Below, in pieces: positions 43,620-56,735 of a DNA stretch of 64,000 nt (positions are counted from its first letter, which is position 1; every line of letters starts with the position of its first letter). The stretch lies in the NCBI RefSeq assembly GCF_009914755.1, contig NC_060932.1; one strand, 5' to 3'. Below the pieces are notes generated by a model, which saw only the letters and a list, made by a program, of their open reading frames with translations, did no database searches and was not told the origin of the DNA. The position numbers were made by a program, and so were the translations under genes. The stretch comes from the human T2T-CHM13v2.0 reference genome, Homo sapiens.

Positions 43620-43976
43620 CGTATTAGCCCATTTCACACCGCTATAAAGAACTGAGTAATTTATTAAAAAAAAAAAAAAGATAGGTTTAATTGACTCACA
43701 GTTCCGCAGGGTTGGGGAGGCCTGAGGAAACTTACAATCATGGCAGAAGGCAAAGAGGAAGTAGGCACATCTTACATGGCAGCAGGAGAGAGAGAGAAGA
43801 GGGAAGCACCATTTTTAAACCATCAGATTTCATGAGAACTCACTCACTATTACAAGAACAGCATGGGAGAAACTGCCTCCTCGATCTAATCACCTCCCAC
43901 CAGATCCCTCCCTTGACATGTGGGGATTACAATTAGAGATGAGATTTGGGTGGAGACACAGAGCCAAATCGCATCA
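43620..43976 (-). mobile_element. THE1-type solo LTR
   Basis: cgtattagcccatttcacaccgctataaag...gccaaatcgcatca; TSD GGACT. Confidence 0.9.
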
Positions 43977-45936
43977 GGACTCCAGCAATTCTTTCTCTCA
44001 CCTAATCTATCTCTTATTCCCCTCTACTGCATCTATACCAACTAAAAGAAAAACACTTATTGGACACACAAGAGCTCTCGTCTTTTGCATTTGCCCAGCT
44101 TTTCAGGGAAACCCTATGAAAGGGGTGCTACACAGTCCCCACATCCTACCACCCTTCTTTCCCTCACTGCCACTCAAACCTGACTTCTGTCAATAGGGTC
44201 ACAATGCCTTCTGCATGACCTCACTAAGCTCTGCCTCTGCCCATTGATATGACCCCTAATTATGTGGTCACTGGAGCTGCTTTCAGGTGTCCTTGTCCCA
44301 AGGGACATACAGCACACAGCCTGTGGAGGGTGGAGGAACCAACTGCAAGGTGGGTTTCCAGTAGGGCCAACTGGGGCTAAAGAAGGGGTGGGAGGCAATA
44401 AAGAGGCTTGCTTTCAGGGTGTAAGTGTAGGATACAGGAATGTAGACAACAGATTTCAGCCTCCACTTTACTTTCTAGTGGTATTATTATTATTATTATT
44501 ATCAGTAGTATTATCACCATCATTATTTGCTGTGGTATGAGTGTTTGTGTCTCTCCCCCAAAATTCATGCTGAAATCTAATCCCCAATGCAATAGTGTTA
44601 AGAAGCGGAACATTTGGGAAGTGATTAAGGAACACTGACCTTTACCCACTTGGCCCACCATGACCCACCTGATGCAGACTTTCCCCCTTTGTTAGGGAAG
44701 TGCAATTCAGACAACCTTTTATGCACGACCCTGTTCATTCTCTAAACCTCAAGCTCTATTGCTGTCAAACACACAGAACTAGTTTATCTCACTAGAGATG
44801 TGTTCCTTTATTCAAAAAATATTATCTTTCTTTTTTAGCAAGAAAGACTGTAAAATAAGCAAAAGTTTTGATTGTGGATAGTTCAAATCCCAGCTCAATC
44901 ACTAGTTGTATAACCTGCATTGACTTGCTCAGAGAAAATATCTATCTCATATAAAAGTTATGTCAACTAAGATACCACTTTCAAGACTCGTGGTACGTGA
45001 TAGGTGTTCAAGAATGTTCATTCTTACTGGAGTGACAGAGGAGTTTCTATATTATTTTATTAAATTATGTAAACTTAAGTTATGCTAACATTTAATAAGT
45101 GAAATTCAGTGTGTTCCTACAATTTTAGGCCTTATCTACGACCATCTTTCTCCCACACCCAAAATGGCCAAAGTTTCCCTACCAGCCTCTAATTCCATGG
45201 GCCCTAAAAGGCAAAGTTGTCCTTATTAAGTTTTAAATTTTAGGGATTTTTTTGAGACATTCCAGGCCTTATGGAGGAAAGTAGTATCTTGTGTGATTTC
45301 AGGTATCCAGAAGTTGACTTAAAAGTTCCTCTTACAGGTTAGGTTCATTTGCATTTCTCTAATGACCAATGATGATGAGCTTTTTTTCATGTTTGTTGGC
45401 TGCATAAATGTCTTTTTTTGAGAAATGTCTGTTCACATCCTTTGCCCACTTTTTGATGGGGTTGAAACTCTTGTGGTGATCCTAGTTAAAACACAACTCT
45501 GCGTGGATAGGTATTGGGTAGCAATTGACTCTTCCTAAGATTTTTTTTTTTTTTCCTGAGACAAACAGTAGGAGGTTGACACTATAGCCATCACCAAATA
45601 AACAGGAGACACTGGAGCTTTGAAAGGTTGAATTATTTGCACAAGATCACTCAGTTGATGAATGGCAGAGCAAAAGTTTTGAAACCAGGGTTATCTGACT
45701 TTAGAGCTCTTTTATTCTTAGGTACAAAAAAAAATTGTCTCTATTTTTGCAAAGACCACAGCTTACATCAGAGCTTGGCTGATTTCTCTGATGTCTACAT
45801 CTCATCAACAATCTACCTTTTGGCTTCTCAACACATACTGATTATTAATGTAGGGTGACCACTGTTAGAGAGGTCGAAAGGTATGCATCCCTGAGTTTCC
45901 TCCCTGCCTTCCTTCCTTCTTTTCTTCCTTCCTTCC

Positions 45937-46283
45937 TGCCTTAGTCCATTTGGGATGCTATTAAAAAGTAATATAAACAGGGTGGCTTATAAAGAGCAGA
46001 AGTTTACTTCTCACAGTTCTCGAGGTTGGAAGTCCAAGATCAAGACACCGGCATAGGTGTCTGGAGAGAGCTCGTTCCCTTCTCTGTGTTGTTATGTGGT
46101 GAAAGGTACAAACGAGCTCCTTCAGGCCTCTTTTATAAGGGCAGCAATCCCATCACAAGGGCTTCAGCTCCACGACTTAATCACCTCCTCAAAGCCCGCA
46201 CCTTGTAATATCATCACCACCTTGGGGGTTGGCATTTCAACAGATGAATGGGGAGACAGAAATATTCAAACATTCGGGCCACA
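45937..46283 (-). mobile_element. MLT1A-like LTR
   Basis: ttagtccatttgggatgct...tctcacagttctcgaggttggaagtccaagatcaag. Confidence 0.75.
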
Positions 46284-47767
46284 GCACTTCCTTACCTCCT
46301 TCCTCCCTCCGTCAATTTATTCATTCATGTATTGATTCTTTCATTCAAGTGTCATTTGTTTAAACAAATATGTGAGTACCTCGTCTCTGCTAGGTACTTC
46401 TCAGGGGCTGAGGAAGTAAGGTAACCAGACAGTGCTTGTTACTTTAGAAGCTCACAGTGTAGAGAAGGAGAGAGATGTAGAAACAATATAAAGCAACACA
46501 GATGTGGAGGGGAAAGAGAGAAGGAGGAATTTCAGTGTTTTACCGTGTATACTTTCTGCTGTTTAATTCCTTTACCATAAAAATGCGTTGCACTACATGA
46601 TTAAGAAACTCTTTGGCCCCTAATGTGTCACCTAGTTGTAATCTATGCAGAAGTTTGACATGGTAAGAGCCTGCCTAGAATTATCGCTTTTAACCAGGTA
46701 GCAAAAAAAAAAAAAAAAAAAATCAAACATTGAACTCAACCAAGGAAAAAATGTAATTTCCATTTACAGAATTTCTTCTCCTTTTTTAGCTTCTAAAATG
46801 GGTGGTTTTCCAAAAAACCAAGTGCTCTCATTTATAAGTGGGAGCTAGGGTATGAGTACAAAAAGGCATACAGAGTGATATGATGGATTTTAGAGACTCA
46901 GAAGGCCGCAGGGCTAGGAATACAAAACTACCTATTAGGTACAATGTACTCTACTCAGGTGACAGGTGTACTAAAATCTCAGAATTCACCGCTATATAAT
47001 TCATCCATGTAACAAAAAACTATGTGTACCCCAAAAACTACTGAAATTTGAAAAGAAGAGAGAGAATTTAACCTCTCCTTAATGATTCATGTAGCACTTT
47101 CATATCTTGAAATAAGGTAATGTCAGTCGTATTAAATATTGGTTAATTTAATCCATAGATGTGTGGAAAGAGGCAGTTGACAGAAAGTAATCTTGCATGA
47201 ATTCAAAATGCAATTTTAATCAAAATGCAATTTTAAAATAGCTGCCCTTACATGGTCTGGCATTAAAAATAAACTTTTTTATAGAATGGAAGAAATAAAA
47301 AATGTTTAAAGGGTGGTTTTCTTTATATTTCCAAAAGGAAAGTTGATAGATGCAGAGACATGAAATGAATGAGGATAAATGAATAAGTGGATGAATCCTC
47401 AATATCACTATTTTATAATAATTTATTCTGGGGAAAAAAAGGCACCAAACCTCAGAGCCATAAGCAGAAATGAAAATCCACCAGAAAATGCAAAATTATT
47501 GTGAAGACTTTCTATTTGAATAGGAGGAGACTTGGATCTGTAATCATGAGTCCATAGATGGAACATTCTCAGGTTACACCCATGCCATAATTTGAACATT
47601 TGAATCAGGAATGCAAGCTTTTTCTCTCTAGCTGAATTGTTGTCGTTGTTGTTGTTCTTCTTCTTTTTAAATTTTGCAGTGATTTACTTTGAGTGGAGTC
47701 ATTTGCTCTTGAGAAGAAGCATCACCACTAAAGGATGCTTTATTTTATTTCTGAAAGGCATTTGCAG

Positions 47768-47886
47768 GTAGCTCAGCAGATCTGTTTTGCCACTTTTGTA
47801 TCACGCCCTTGTGTGCTTAGCCACATACATGTAGAAATTGGCTAAAATGAAACAAAAGTGCAATAAACTGCTGCTTCTGGATTTAA
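47768..47886 (+). pseudogene. Possible heavily decayed beta-defensin exon 2
   Basis: A phase-1 acceptor (tttgcag) is in frame with ...K*NKSAINCCFWI*; TGA sits at the C4 position, 6 codons before CC; EIG occurs in an adjacent frame. Confidence 0.4.
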
Positions 47887-48339
47887 GTATTAGTTACCCA
47901 AAATTATTTCAAAAAATATCCATTTACTCTATGTATGTTCATTTTTTTAAAATTTCAACTTATTTTAGATACAGTAGGTACATGCGCAGATTTGTTACAT
48001 GGGAATATGGTATTATGTGGTGGTTTGGAGTATGGATCTCATTACCCTGGTACTGAACATAGTACCAGATAGGTAGTTTTTTAACCCAACTCCTCCCTCC
48101 ACCCTCTAGTAGTTCACAGTGTCTATAATTCCCATGTTTATGTCCATCTCTGCTCAATGCTTACCTCTTATTTATAAGTGAGAATGTGCAATATTTGGTT
48201 TTCTATTCCTGTGTTAGTTTCCCAGCTGAATTCAAACTCATTCCCAGATCACTTGTCCTCCTCAATTGATGTACACTGAAGAAAGAGCCACCTTCAGGCT
48301 GTAAGGTCATCGTATAATCCTGACCACTCATTTCCCATC

Positions 48340-48397
48340 ATGACACTGCTGTTCCTTCTCTTTCTCCTTCTTGGATGTCTGATACAAACAGCCTCAG
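48340..48397 (+). pseudogene. Orphan beta-defensin exon 1, Defb33-like signal peptide, intact
   Basis: 58 nt, MTLLFLLFLLLGCLIQTAS+G, with an intact CAG|GTAAG donor; resembles the recalled mouse Defb33 leader MRLLFLLFILLVCLAQTTSG; no matching exon 2 found. Confidence 0.75.
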
Positions 48398-48798
48398 GTA
48401 AGCTACAAGTCCACCTGGAGGATGATGAAGTGGATGCCCTTGGAGCTGACATAGGCCAAATTGATTGATCAGCCAAGGAAGCACTGAAATATGGAATAAC
48501 TGAACAGCTGCATAGCTGAGAAAAACACAGCATGTACAACAAATTTCATTTTACAAATCAGGAGAGAGAAGCTTAAAGAAATTTAAAATTTTTTCCCAAG
48601 ATTACATTCATCTAGTTGTTGCAATAGATACCAGACATAACTAACAATTGTGATAGATAACATTAATAGTAGGCATCACAGCTTACAAACCATTTCCATG
48701 TGAATCAAAGCAATGGCAACGACAACACTAATACTAATAACAAATAATGCTGACCACTTTCTGTTTACCAGACATCACGGCAAAGATGTGTTGTGTTA

Positions 48799-49100
48799 TT
48801 TTTTTTGTTTTTTTTTTTTTTGTTGTTGTTGTTTTGAGACAGAGTCTAGCTCTGTAGGCCAGGCTGCAGTGCAGTGGCACAATTTCAACTCACTGCAGCT
48901 CTGCCTCCTGGGCTCAAGCAATTCTCCTGCCTCAGCCTCCAGAGTAGCTGGGATTACAGGCATGCGCCTCCATGCCCAGCTAATTTTGTCTTTAGTAGAG
49001 ATGGAGTTTCTCCATGTTGGTCAGGCTGGTCTTGAACTCCCGACCTCGGGTGATCTGCCCCCCTCAGCCTTCCAAAGTGCTAGGATTACAGGTGTGAGTC
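48799..49100 (-). mobile_element. AluS element, slightly 5'-truncated
   Basis: Alu dimer ending at ggtgtgagtc and abutting L1 sequence. Confidence 0.9.
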
Positions 49101-50412
49101 AGGTGGCTTTCTCAAGTGCCAGCAGTGACAGTGGTGAGCTCGGTAGATAGGCATGCCCTCAAGACCCTGGGAGGCATGTGTAGCATCAGCAATTGCAGTA
49201 GTCATAGCAGGTCAACTCTCGTGACCCCAGATGGCATGTGCAGACACCAACAGTCATGGCAACATGATGGACAGAGTAGTCCTCAGGCTTTCACCTGGTG
49301 CAAATATGTGGGCACTGGTGACAGCCGTGATGGCAGGATGGGAAGTCCTATCCTTAGGCTCTCAGGAGACACACAGGTACTTGATGGTGATAGGCATGGT
49401 GGATTAATCCCCCAGCTCCCAGACAATGTGCACAGGCACCACCAGGCTGGGTGGGCTCATACTCAGGTCACAAGAAGGCATGCACAGGTGCCAATGACAG
49501 ACAGCAGTGTGGGTTGATCCCCAGCGTCCTGGACAACGACCTTGGGTAGTGGTAGTGACAGCAATGGGTGGGATGGGCCTGTGCTCTGGCCCTGGAATAG
49601 TGCCCAGGCAGGTGAGTCCCCAGGTCCCCTGAGGATGCCTGCAGGTGTGCAGTGGCCCTGCTCCTGGGGGTCAGGATTGCTGTCAGTGTCAGTGGTCCTG
49701 GGAAGGTGACTCTCCACTTGAGAAGAGTGCCTGCTTCAGCTCCCTTTGTTCTGGGGGCAGCCTCCCTAGTGAATGGCACTGCCAGTTCCCTGGAGTGTAG
49801 GACACTGTGTAGGCTAGAGTGATGGGGACCAAGCTACACTGGTGAGTTCAGCTGGTATTGTGACTCTGCAGGCCTCTGGATGGACATGAGGGAATGTCAC
49901 TGAGGGTCCAGAGATGTGGAGATTCAGGGGCTGTTGGGCCCCAGGGCAGGATGTAGTCTTTTGGGGGCTGGGCTCTCAAATTGGCATTGTGCCACAGCTG
50001 CCTGTGTCTGGGGGCAGGTGCAGACGATCCAGTGCCAACTCCTTCTCTGGGACAATGACCATCACATAGACTCCAGGCAGCTCCCTATAGTAGTCTCAGG
50101 GCCTGCAAGGGCTGAGAGACTGTCCCTTGGCTAGGATTGCAGTGTCCACAGTGGGAATATGGACCACTGGGGCTCTCTTTTTTACCTTTTCACCACACTG
50201 GAGAGCCTGTCCTGGCTTTAAGCTGATTCTGGCTGGGCTGCTGCTTCATTTTCCTTTCCTTCCATGCCTCAGAGATTCCTCGTCAATTTGCTGCTGAATT
50301 CTAGTGCCCTCTTTCGTGCCCTCTTCAAGGTATGATTATCTACTTGCTGTCTTGGTCTTTCTTTGGGAGGACACAGTGCCTGGTACCTCTAGTCAGCCAT
50401 CTTGAAGGCCAC
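49101..50412 (-). mobile_element. Old LINE-1 5' UTR region
   Basis: GC-rich; ends tagtcagccatcttg, the reverse complement of the L1 start caagatggctgacta. Confidence 0.65.
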
Positions 50413-50910
50413 CTCCTAGCAATGAGAGGATAATATTCTATGTGATGGCTTTAATATATGTGTCCAAACTGCTTCTTTTCTAGGGAAGCACTTACTCTAA
50501 GAAGTAAATGTTATATAGTGCAAAAATATATTAAAGGGTCAGTTGGTGATGCAGTTTCAAAAATGCACTGAGGAAAACTTGGCACTTCCATAGGGTTGAG
50601 TTGGTTGGAATATATCTCAGTCTCTGAGATTTTGAACCCAATGTTTTGAACTTTTTGAGATTTCGAGTAGTCCATGTGACATAACTTAACATTGTTTCTT
50701 GGCCAAATCAGGCATAGTGAAAAATAAAATCCAGCTAACATACTTTTAAATATCTTGATTCTATACTCTTTCAATGACCAAGGGGAGGCCCCCCACTACT
50801 TTACACAAAAAAGAAAACTCTATGAATGAGAATCTCTTCACACAAAGCCACTAAAGTTGTGTCTAAATGGAGGAAAATTGTGACAGGTGGTAAAAGCACT
50901 CAGTGGCTGT

Positions 50911-51419
50911 TGTAGGCAGAATAATGTCCCCTCTGTCTCCCGCCAAAGCTATCCACATCCTAACTCCTGGGTCCTGTGAATGTGCCACCTTGTAAGCAAA
51001 GGGGAATTGAGGTTTCCTGTGAAATTAAGGCTGTTAATCAGCTGACCTTAAAATAGGGAGATTATCTTAGATTATCCAGGTGGGCCCAATGTAATCATGA
51101 GTCCTAAAAAATGGAAGAGTGGGGAGAAGATGAATTCAGAATGATGGAATGTGAGGACTCAACGCTCCGTTGCTGGCTTTGAAAATGTATGAAGGAAGCT
51201 ATGGTGCCCAGGAGTAACCTGCCATTGCTGGGATAAAGGTGCAGGAAGAAAACTGCAGAGCTTCCAGAAGAAAGCTCAGCCCTGCTGACACCTTGATGTT
51301 GGCCCACTGAGATCCATCTGAAACCTGCAGCCTATAGAACTGTCAGATAATGCATTTGTGTTGCTTTAAGCCACTAAGTTTGTTGTAATTTGTTATAGGA
51401 GCCGTAGGAAGCCAATACA
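50911..51419 (+). mobile_element. MLT1 LTR
   Basis: tgtaggcagaataatgtccc...ctttaagccactaagtttg...ccaataca. Confidence 0.8.
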
Positions 51420-51782
51420 GTATTTTAAAAGATGGAAGAAAATGCTGAATGATTATGCCCAGTGAAAGCTGGGAAGCAAAGGAATTCCCTGAATCTTGGC
51501 CAGGCATACATGTACAGACCCAGGGAATTGCCTCCGAAAAGGGTGCTGAAAAAATTGCCTTTAATCTGAGTGCAACTCTTTTTATAATTTAGATTTCTGG
51601 TGAAGTCTGGTTGACGTGATTGTGCAATTTTCCCATGTGCTGCACCTTTATCAGGGAGAGACAGACCCCCGCAAGGCTGCATGGAATAGGATGGCGCATT
51701 TTCCTAGTAAAAAAGGGGAGTGGTCTTCCCACATGCAGGGTGAAGGGTTACAGTGCTAGACAAAAGCAATGGGTATGATTGA

Positions 51783-52200
<418 letters not shown>

Positions 52201-52372
52201 AGTAATATAAACTTTTAAAAGAGGTTTTGTGCTGGTTGGTTTTGGTTTATTCTTTTTTGAGGATTCAATAAAAATCCCTGTGAGAAAAATGGAGAGAGGG
52301 AAAGGGAGACAGGGAGACAGGGAGAGGGAGAGAGAAAAAAGAGAACCTAAAACCTACAGAAAACAACAGGCT

Positions 52373-52536
52373 TCAGTCCTTTTTGGGTGTAGTGCTCTCA
52401 ATTCTTGGTTGATGCCCCAGAGGCAGGCAGCAGGGTCGGCTATTTAAACATCTCCCTACATGGATTTCTGTTTCGAGGCAAAAGTCCCGACAGGAGCCAT
52501 TTGGACGTTCACAGATCTCCTTGAATTTGCCCTTGG
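52373..52536 (-). CDS. DEFB108A: Beta-defensin 108 exon 2
   Basis: Acceptor ttctgcatgtag; (A)[53 protein letters not shown]; 58+164=222 nt, 73 aa. Paralog letter uncertain. Confidence 0.95.
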
Positions 52537-52641
52537 CTACATGCAGAAGGGGTTATTGTAACCATTCATCAGTCTTTCTTTACTTTGTATTGAATTACAT
52601 GGACGTAGGGGGCAGTGCCTGAAAATAATCTTGTGTGGATT

Positions 52642-52648
52642 TGTGTGT

Positions 52649-52686
<38 letters not shown>
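52642..52686. repeat. (GT)n microsatellite in the DEFB108 intron
   Basis: About 22 TG units with one interruption. Confidence 0.95.
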
Positions 52687-52691
<5 letters not shown>

Positions 52692-54291
52692 GATTTCTTA
52701 AACACTTAAAAATCTGCTGCCACACAAAAATTTGGATTTTTTGGTGTTCTTGAAAAATCTGAGAATATTGGGTGCACCTACATGACAAAAGGCTGGAGGT
52801 GAGTAGCCTGCTTCCCTTTACAAGTTCTAGAGCATACAAGTTTCAGTTTATTTCTTCCTTATTGTCTTCTAACACTGATGGGAGATGTCAGCCTTTTAAG
52901 AAAATATAATGTCCTGTACTATGGATTTTCCTGGAGTGAAAGAGAAGAAAATCTCTTTTGGATCAGCTGTTTTTATTCCTACACACACACACACTCTCTC
53001 TCTATATGATAGATTATAATAGATGTATCTTTCAAAAATAGAACTGAAATATAGACCTAAAAGATAATATACTTCAATTGTTAGAGAGGATATTTTTCCT
53101 GTGGAAGGGAACAATATTCCTATGTGTTTAATACGTAAATATATTTGTGCCATTACTTGTTACACCCTGAGACTTCACTCACTACTCATATCTCTGGAAC
53201 TGGTCTTTGAGGTTGCAATTTTTCTCTAGAAACCATTGCATATATTAAGAGTGAAACATTCAAGGTCTTCTTAAAGGCTCAAAAACTATACTTGTTGAAA
53301 ATATTGAATAGTATTTCATTTATGTCCTAAGATATCACTGCTCTGGGGTTAGGCCACACACTCTGAGGTACTGAGTTTGAAAAGTGTTTTAATTCTGAGC
53401 AGTCTTTGTATGTAACACAGAGCACCTTTTCCATGATAACTTCTTGGCAGTAAGAGAGGTATAAAAACCAGCACTTTTTTTTTTCTATTCTGGAACACAA
53501 AAGCCAATTCTAGAATAGCTTTCAATCAGTACAGCAATTTTAATAAACATTCAATAAATGCCTATTTAATTGACCTGAAATCCAAATGTATTAGATTCCA
53601 TTTAACTTTTCAGTGGTCACAAAGCAGTTAGTGGATTGATGTGAAGACCAAATATATGCAACATCATATTTATATCTGTAATGCAAATTGGGAAATAAAG
53701 GTCATGCTTTTCTGAAGACAATGGTAATTGTAAATGTTGACCACTTGGTAGAAACAAGCTGAAATCTGAGTTTTTTGATCCCTGAGCTTTCCATCTCTTC
53801 CTTTTATCTGTAAGTAGTCAGCTATTACGTATAGTAGTACCCAAGCCCACTGGCCTTGTGCTAAAATTGGCCCTTTGCAGCTGGAAGAGTCATAAGAGAT
53901 TAGTATAGTGTAGAGGATGAACCACTGACCTGTCTTGTGATATGTGATAAATCACTCTTGAACATCCCTCTGTGGTAGTACTTCTTGCATTCTACTATGG
54001 GTGGTGTTTTCCCATCTGACCTCAATTCTTGATAATGAATTTCTTGAGGGCAGGAATAGTATCTTATTCTCCTCTGTATGTATATTCCAGAATCTGATTA
54101 AAGTCTTGGCTTATAATAGCTATTCAGTAAATGATTGTGGAATAAATGATTAAAATACAGCTATTTTCTAACTTGCAATATGTTTGTGCGGAAATTTGTT
54201 GTTACTCTCGGTTCAGAGGTCTTTGAATCATGTGTACTATTTTACTATACCTGATTCTATTGAGCATTATATTTTCAAAACACTTTTCGAG

Positions 54292-54845
54292 AAACTTAAT
54301 ACAGAACTACCATTTGACCCAGTAATCTCACTACTGGGTGTATATCCAAAGGAAAATAAATCAGTCTTGTAAAAAGACCTAAATCTGTATGTTCATCACA
54401 GTGGTATTCACAGTAGCAAAGGTATGGAATCAAACTAGGTGTTCATCAACAGTGGATTGAATAAAGAAAATGTAGTACATATATGTCACGGAATACTATG
54501 CATCCATAAAAAGAACAAAATTGTGTCCTTTTCAGCAACATGGATGCAGCTGGAGGACTTTATTCTAAGCAAATTAGCTCAAGAACAGGAAGACAAATAC
54601 CACATATTCTCAGTTATAAGGGGGAGCCGAGCAATGAGTGCACATGGACATAAAAATGGGAACAAGAGAGATTGGGTCTTACCAGGAGGGGAGGGAGAGG
54701 GAGTAAAGTCTGAAAAGCTACTCTTTGGGTACACCCTACCTGTGTGACAGAGTTATTCATACCCCAAACCTCAATATCACACAATATATCCATGTAACAA
54801 ATCTGCACATGCACTCCCTGAATCTAAAATAAAGGTTGAAGTTAT
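54292..54845 (+). mobile_element. LINE-1 3' end (L1PB/L1MA-like)
   Basis: acagaactaccatttgacccag...ctgaatctaaaataaa. Confidence 0.85.
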
Positions 54846-56677
54846 TTTTAAAAATTGAAATTACAAAAGACTTTTTAAAATTATGATGTACCATTGTTCA
54901 TTTGTAAGAATTCAAGTAACATTAGGGATTTTAAAAATCTTTCGTTTTCATTTGTTCTTTGCTTGTAAACCTTGTGTATTGCATATTGTGGACACTATGT
55001 CTTTTCCGGCCATTTGCTTTAGGAACAAAAGATAGAGTTACAATGAACATAGGCTGTCTTGTCTAGTCACCTACCTTAAAGTTGAGGAAATAAGCTGATG
55101 GAAAGGAAGAAACTTGCCCAAGATTACCCAGTGATCGAGTGAAGCAGATGATAGGGACAGCACTAAGGCTTGGTATTCTGAGCCTCATTCTATTTTCCAC
55201 TCTTGCCCTCTCTCTGTGTCCTCCTCTCCTCTCTAGCCTTCTACAAAAAGTTGGCAGTTCTGCTTCAATGTCTACCTAAGGACATCCAGAGGAGATGCCA
55301 CCTTTCATTAGGGTGCATTCTTTAGCACCATCCTGTGTTTTCTTCTCCAGGCTTGTTGCATCCCATTTTTGACTGTGAGTCATGCTTCTGCCTGTGCTGT
55401 TCTATCCAATTAGTTGCTTCTATTTTGATTGAGTAACAGTGAAAACAAAACAAAACAAAATGTGTTTATCCAAATTTGGAATTTTTAAACCTTGATTAAA
55501 AGCATTGATTTTCTGGGGTTATATATGTAAGACACATATTTTAAAATATTTTTAACTGATTAAAAAAAATCAAACCCATGTATTTAGCCAGGGTGACTAT
55601 TTAACAAGTACTAGTGAGACAGGAATTCAGTAATGCCACAAGGATAATAATCTTATGTCAGTCCCCGATGTTGTGTGCTACCGAGTTAATATAATTGGAT
55701 ATGGTATCACCTTTTTTCAGGCTTTAGAAAGTAATACAAAGGAACAGCACAACAGAACTCTAGGGTGGGATGTATAGGGAAAGCCAGGATATTAAAACAA
55801 AGTGTTGACTCTGACATTTACCCCACTGTTGGGAAAAACAGTTCAGTTTCCAGGGCCTTAATTTTTTTCTCTATAAAACAGCAAAAATAGAGGCAATAAG
55901 TTGCTTATTCGTCCTTGAATACACATGTTCAGGAGTTCCAGAAAATTTTTGAATCTACTTTGGGTGTCTGGTAACCACCTTGGGCCAATCCAAGAAGTCC
56001 TATACACACTTCTCCAAAGCATGTCTGTGCAAGGGGCCTTATACCTGTGATTAATGTTCGCATGCTGAATGCAGTAGGCTATGCTCTGGTGTGGGATCAT
56101 CCCTGGTTCCTGTGTTTAAATTCTACATTACAAGACTAGATGCTGAGAAGGAAGAGGGACAGCCAGGGATGGAGATGGAGCCTTAAGGGGAAAAGTCAAG
56201 CTCCAGGGACCAACAGTATCGGGGAGCAATAGGTTAAAGATTTCTTAGATTATAGTAATATTTTCAAAGAGACTTCTTCCACCAATCCCTTCTGTCTGAG
56301 CCTACCACAGCTTTGGCATAGCTCTTATGCCAGTTCTTAGGATAACTGACTTTTGCCGAAAGAGGAGCTTTGGAGACAAAAATTTAGTAGAATAATGCCT
56401 GATTTTTAATTTTTGAGGTCTAGTAACTGCTAGTAAACTTGCCTAATTTGGAGATGGAATAAGAGGGTTTCAAAGACTTGAAACACCATTGACTTCATTT
56501 AACTGGGTTGCTATGGAGAATTAACGAATTAGATGGCTGCAGGCCTCTCAGCCAATGAGTCTTCCAGGTTTCCTATGAGACCCCCTTTTCTGGTCATAGG
56601 TGATGGTGATTTCTCTTTGAGTATTGAATCCCTGTAAGGTGTTAGGCACTCTACTCTTACCAAGTTTATTTTGTTAC

Positions 56678-56735
56678 CTGGTAGAACTTGGCTCATAAAG
56701 AAGAAAATGGTGAAGAAGAGGACAGCAATCCTCAT
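56678..56735 (-). CDS. DEFB108A: Beta-defensin 108 exon 1, signal peptide
   Basis: 58 nt, MRIAVLFFTIFFFMSQVLP+G, gccATG context, GTAAC donor. Confidence 0.95.

Noticed and set aside
44196-44290. Alternative exon 2 for the 42771 relic (tag|ggtcacaatgccttctgc...)
   Set aside because: No CC pair and no defensin cysteine spacing in any frame.
52276-52299. PCEKNG as a possible Defb33 exon 2 (PCEKMGG)
   Set aside because: No further cysteines; it runs into a GA-rich tract within the DEFB108 3' region.
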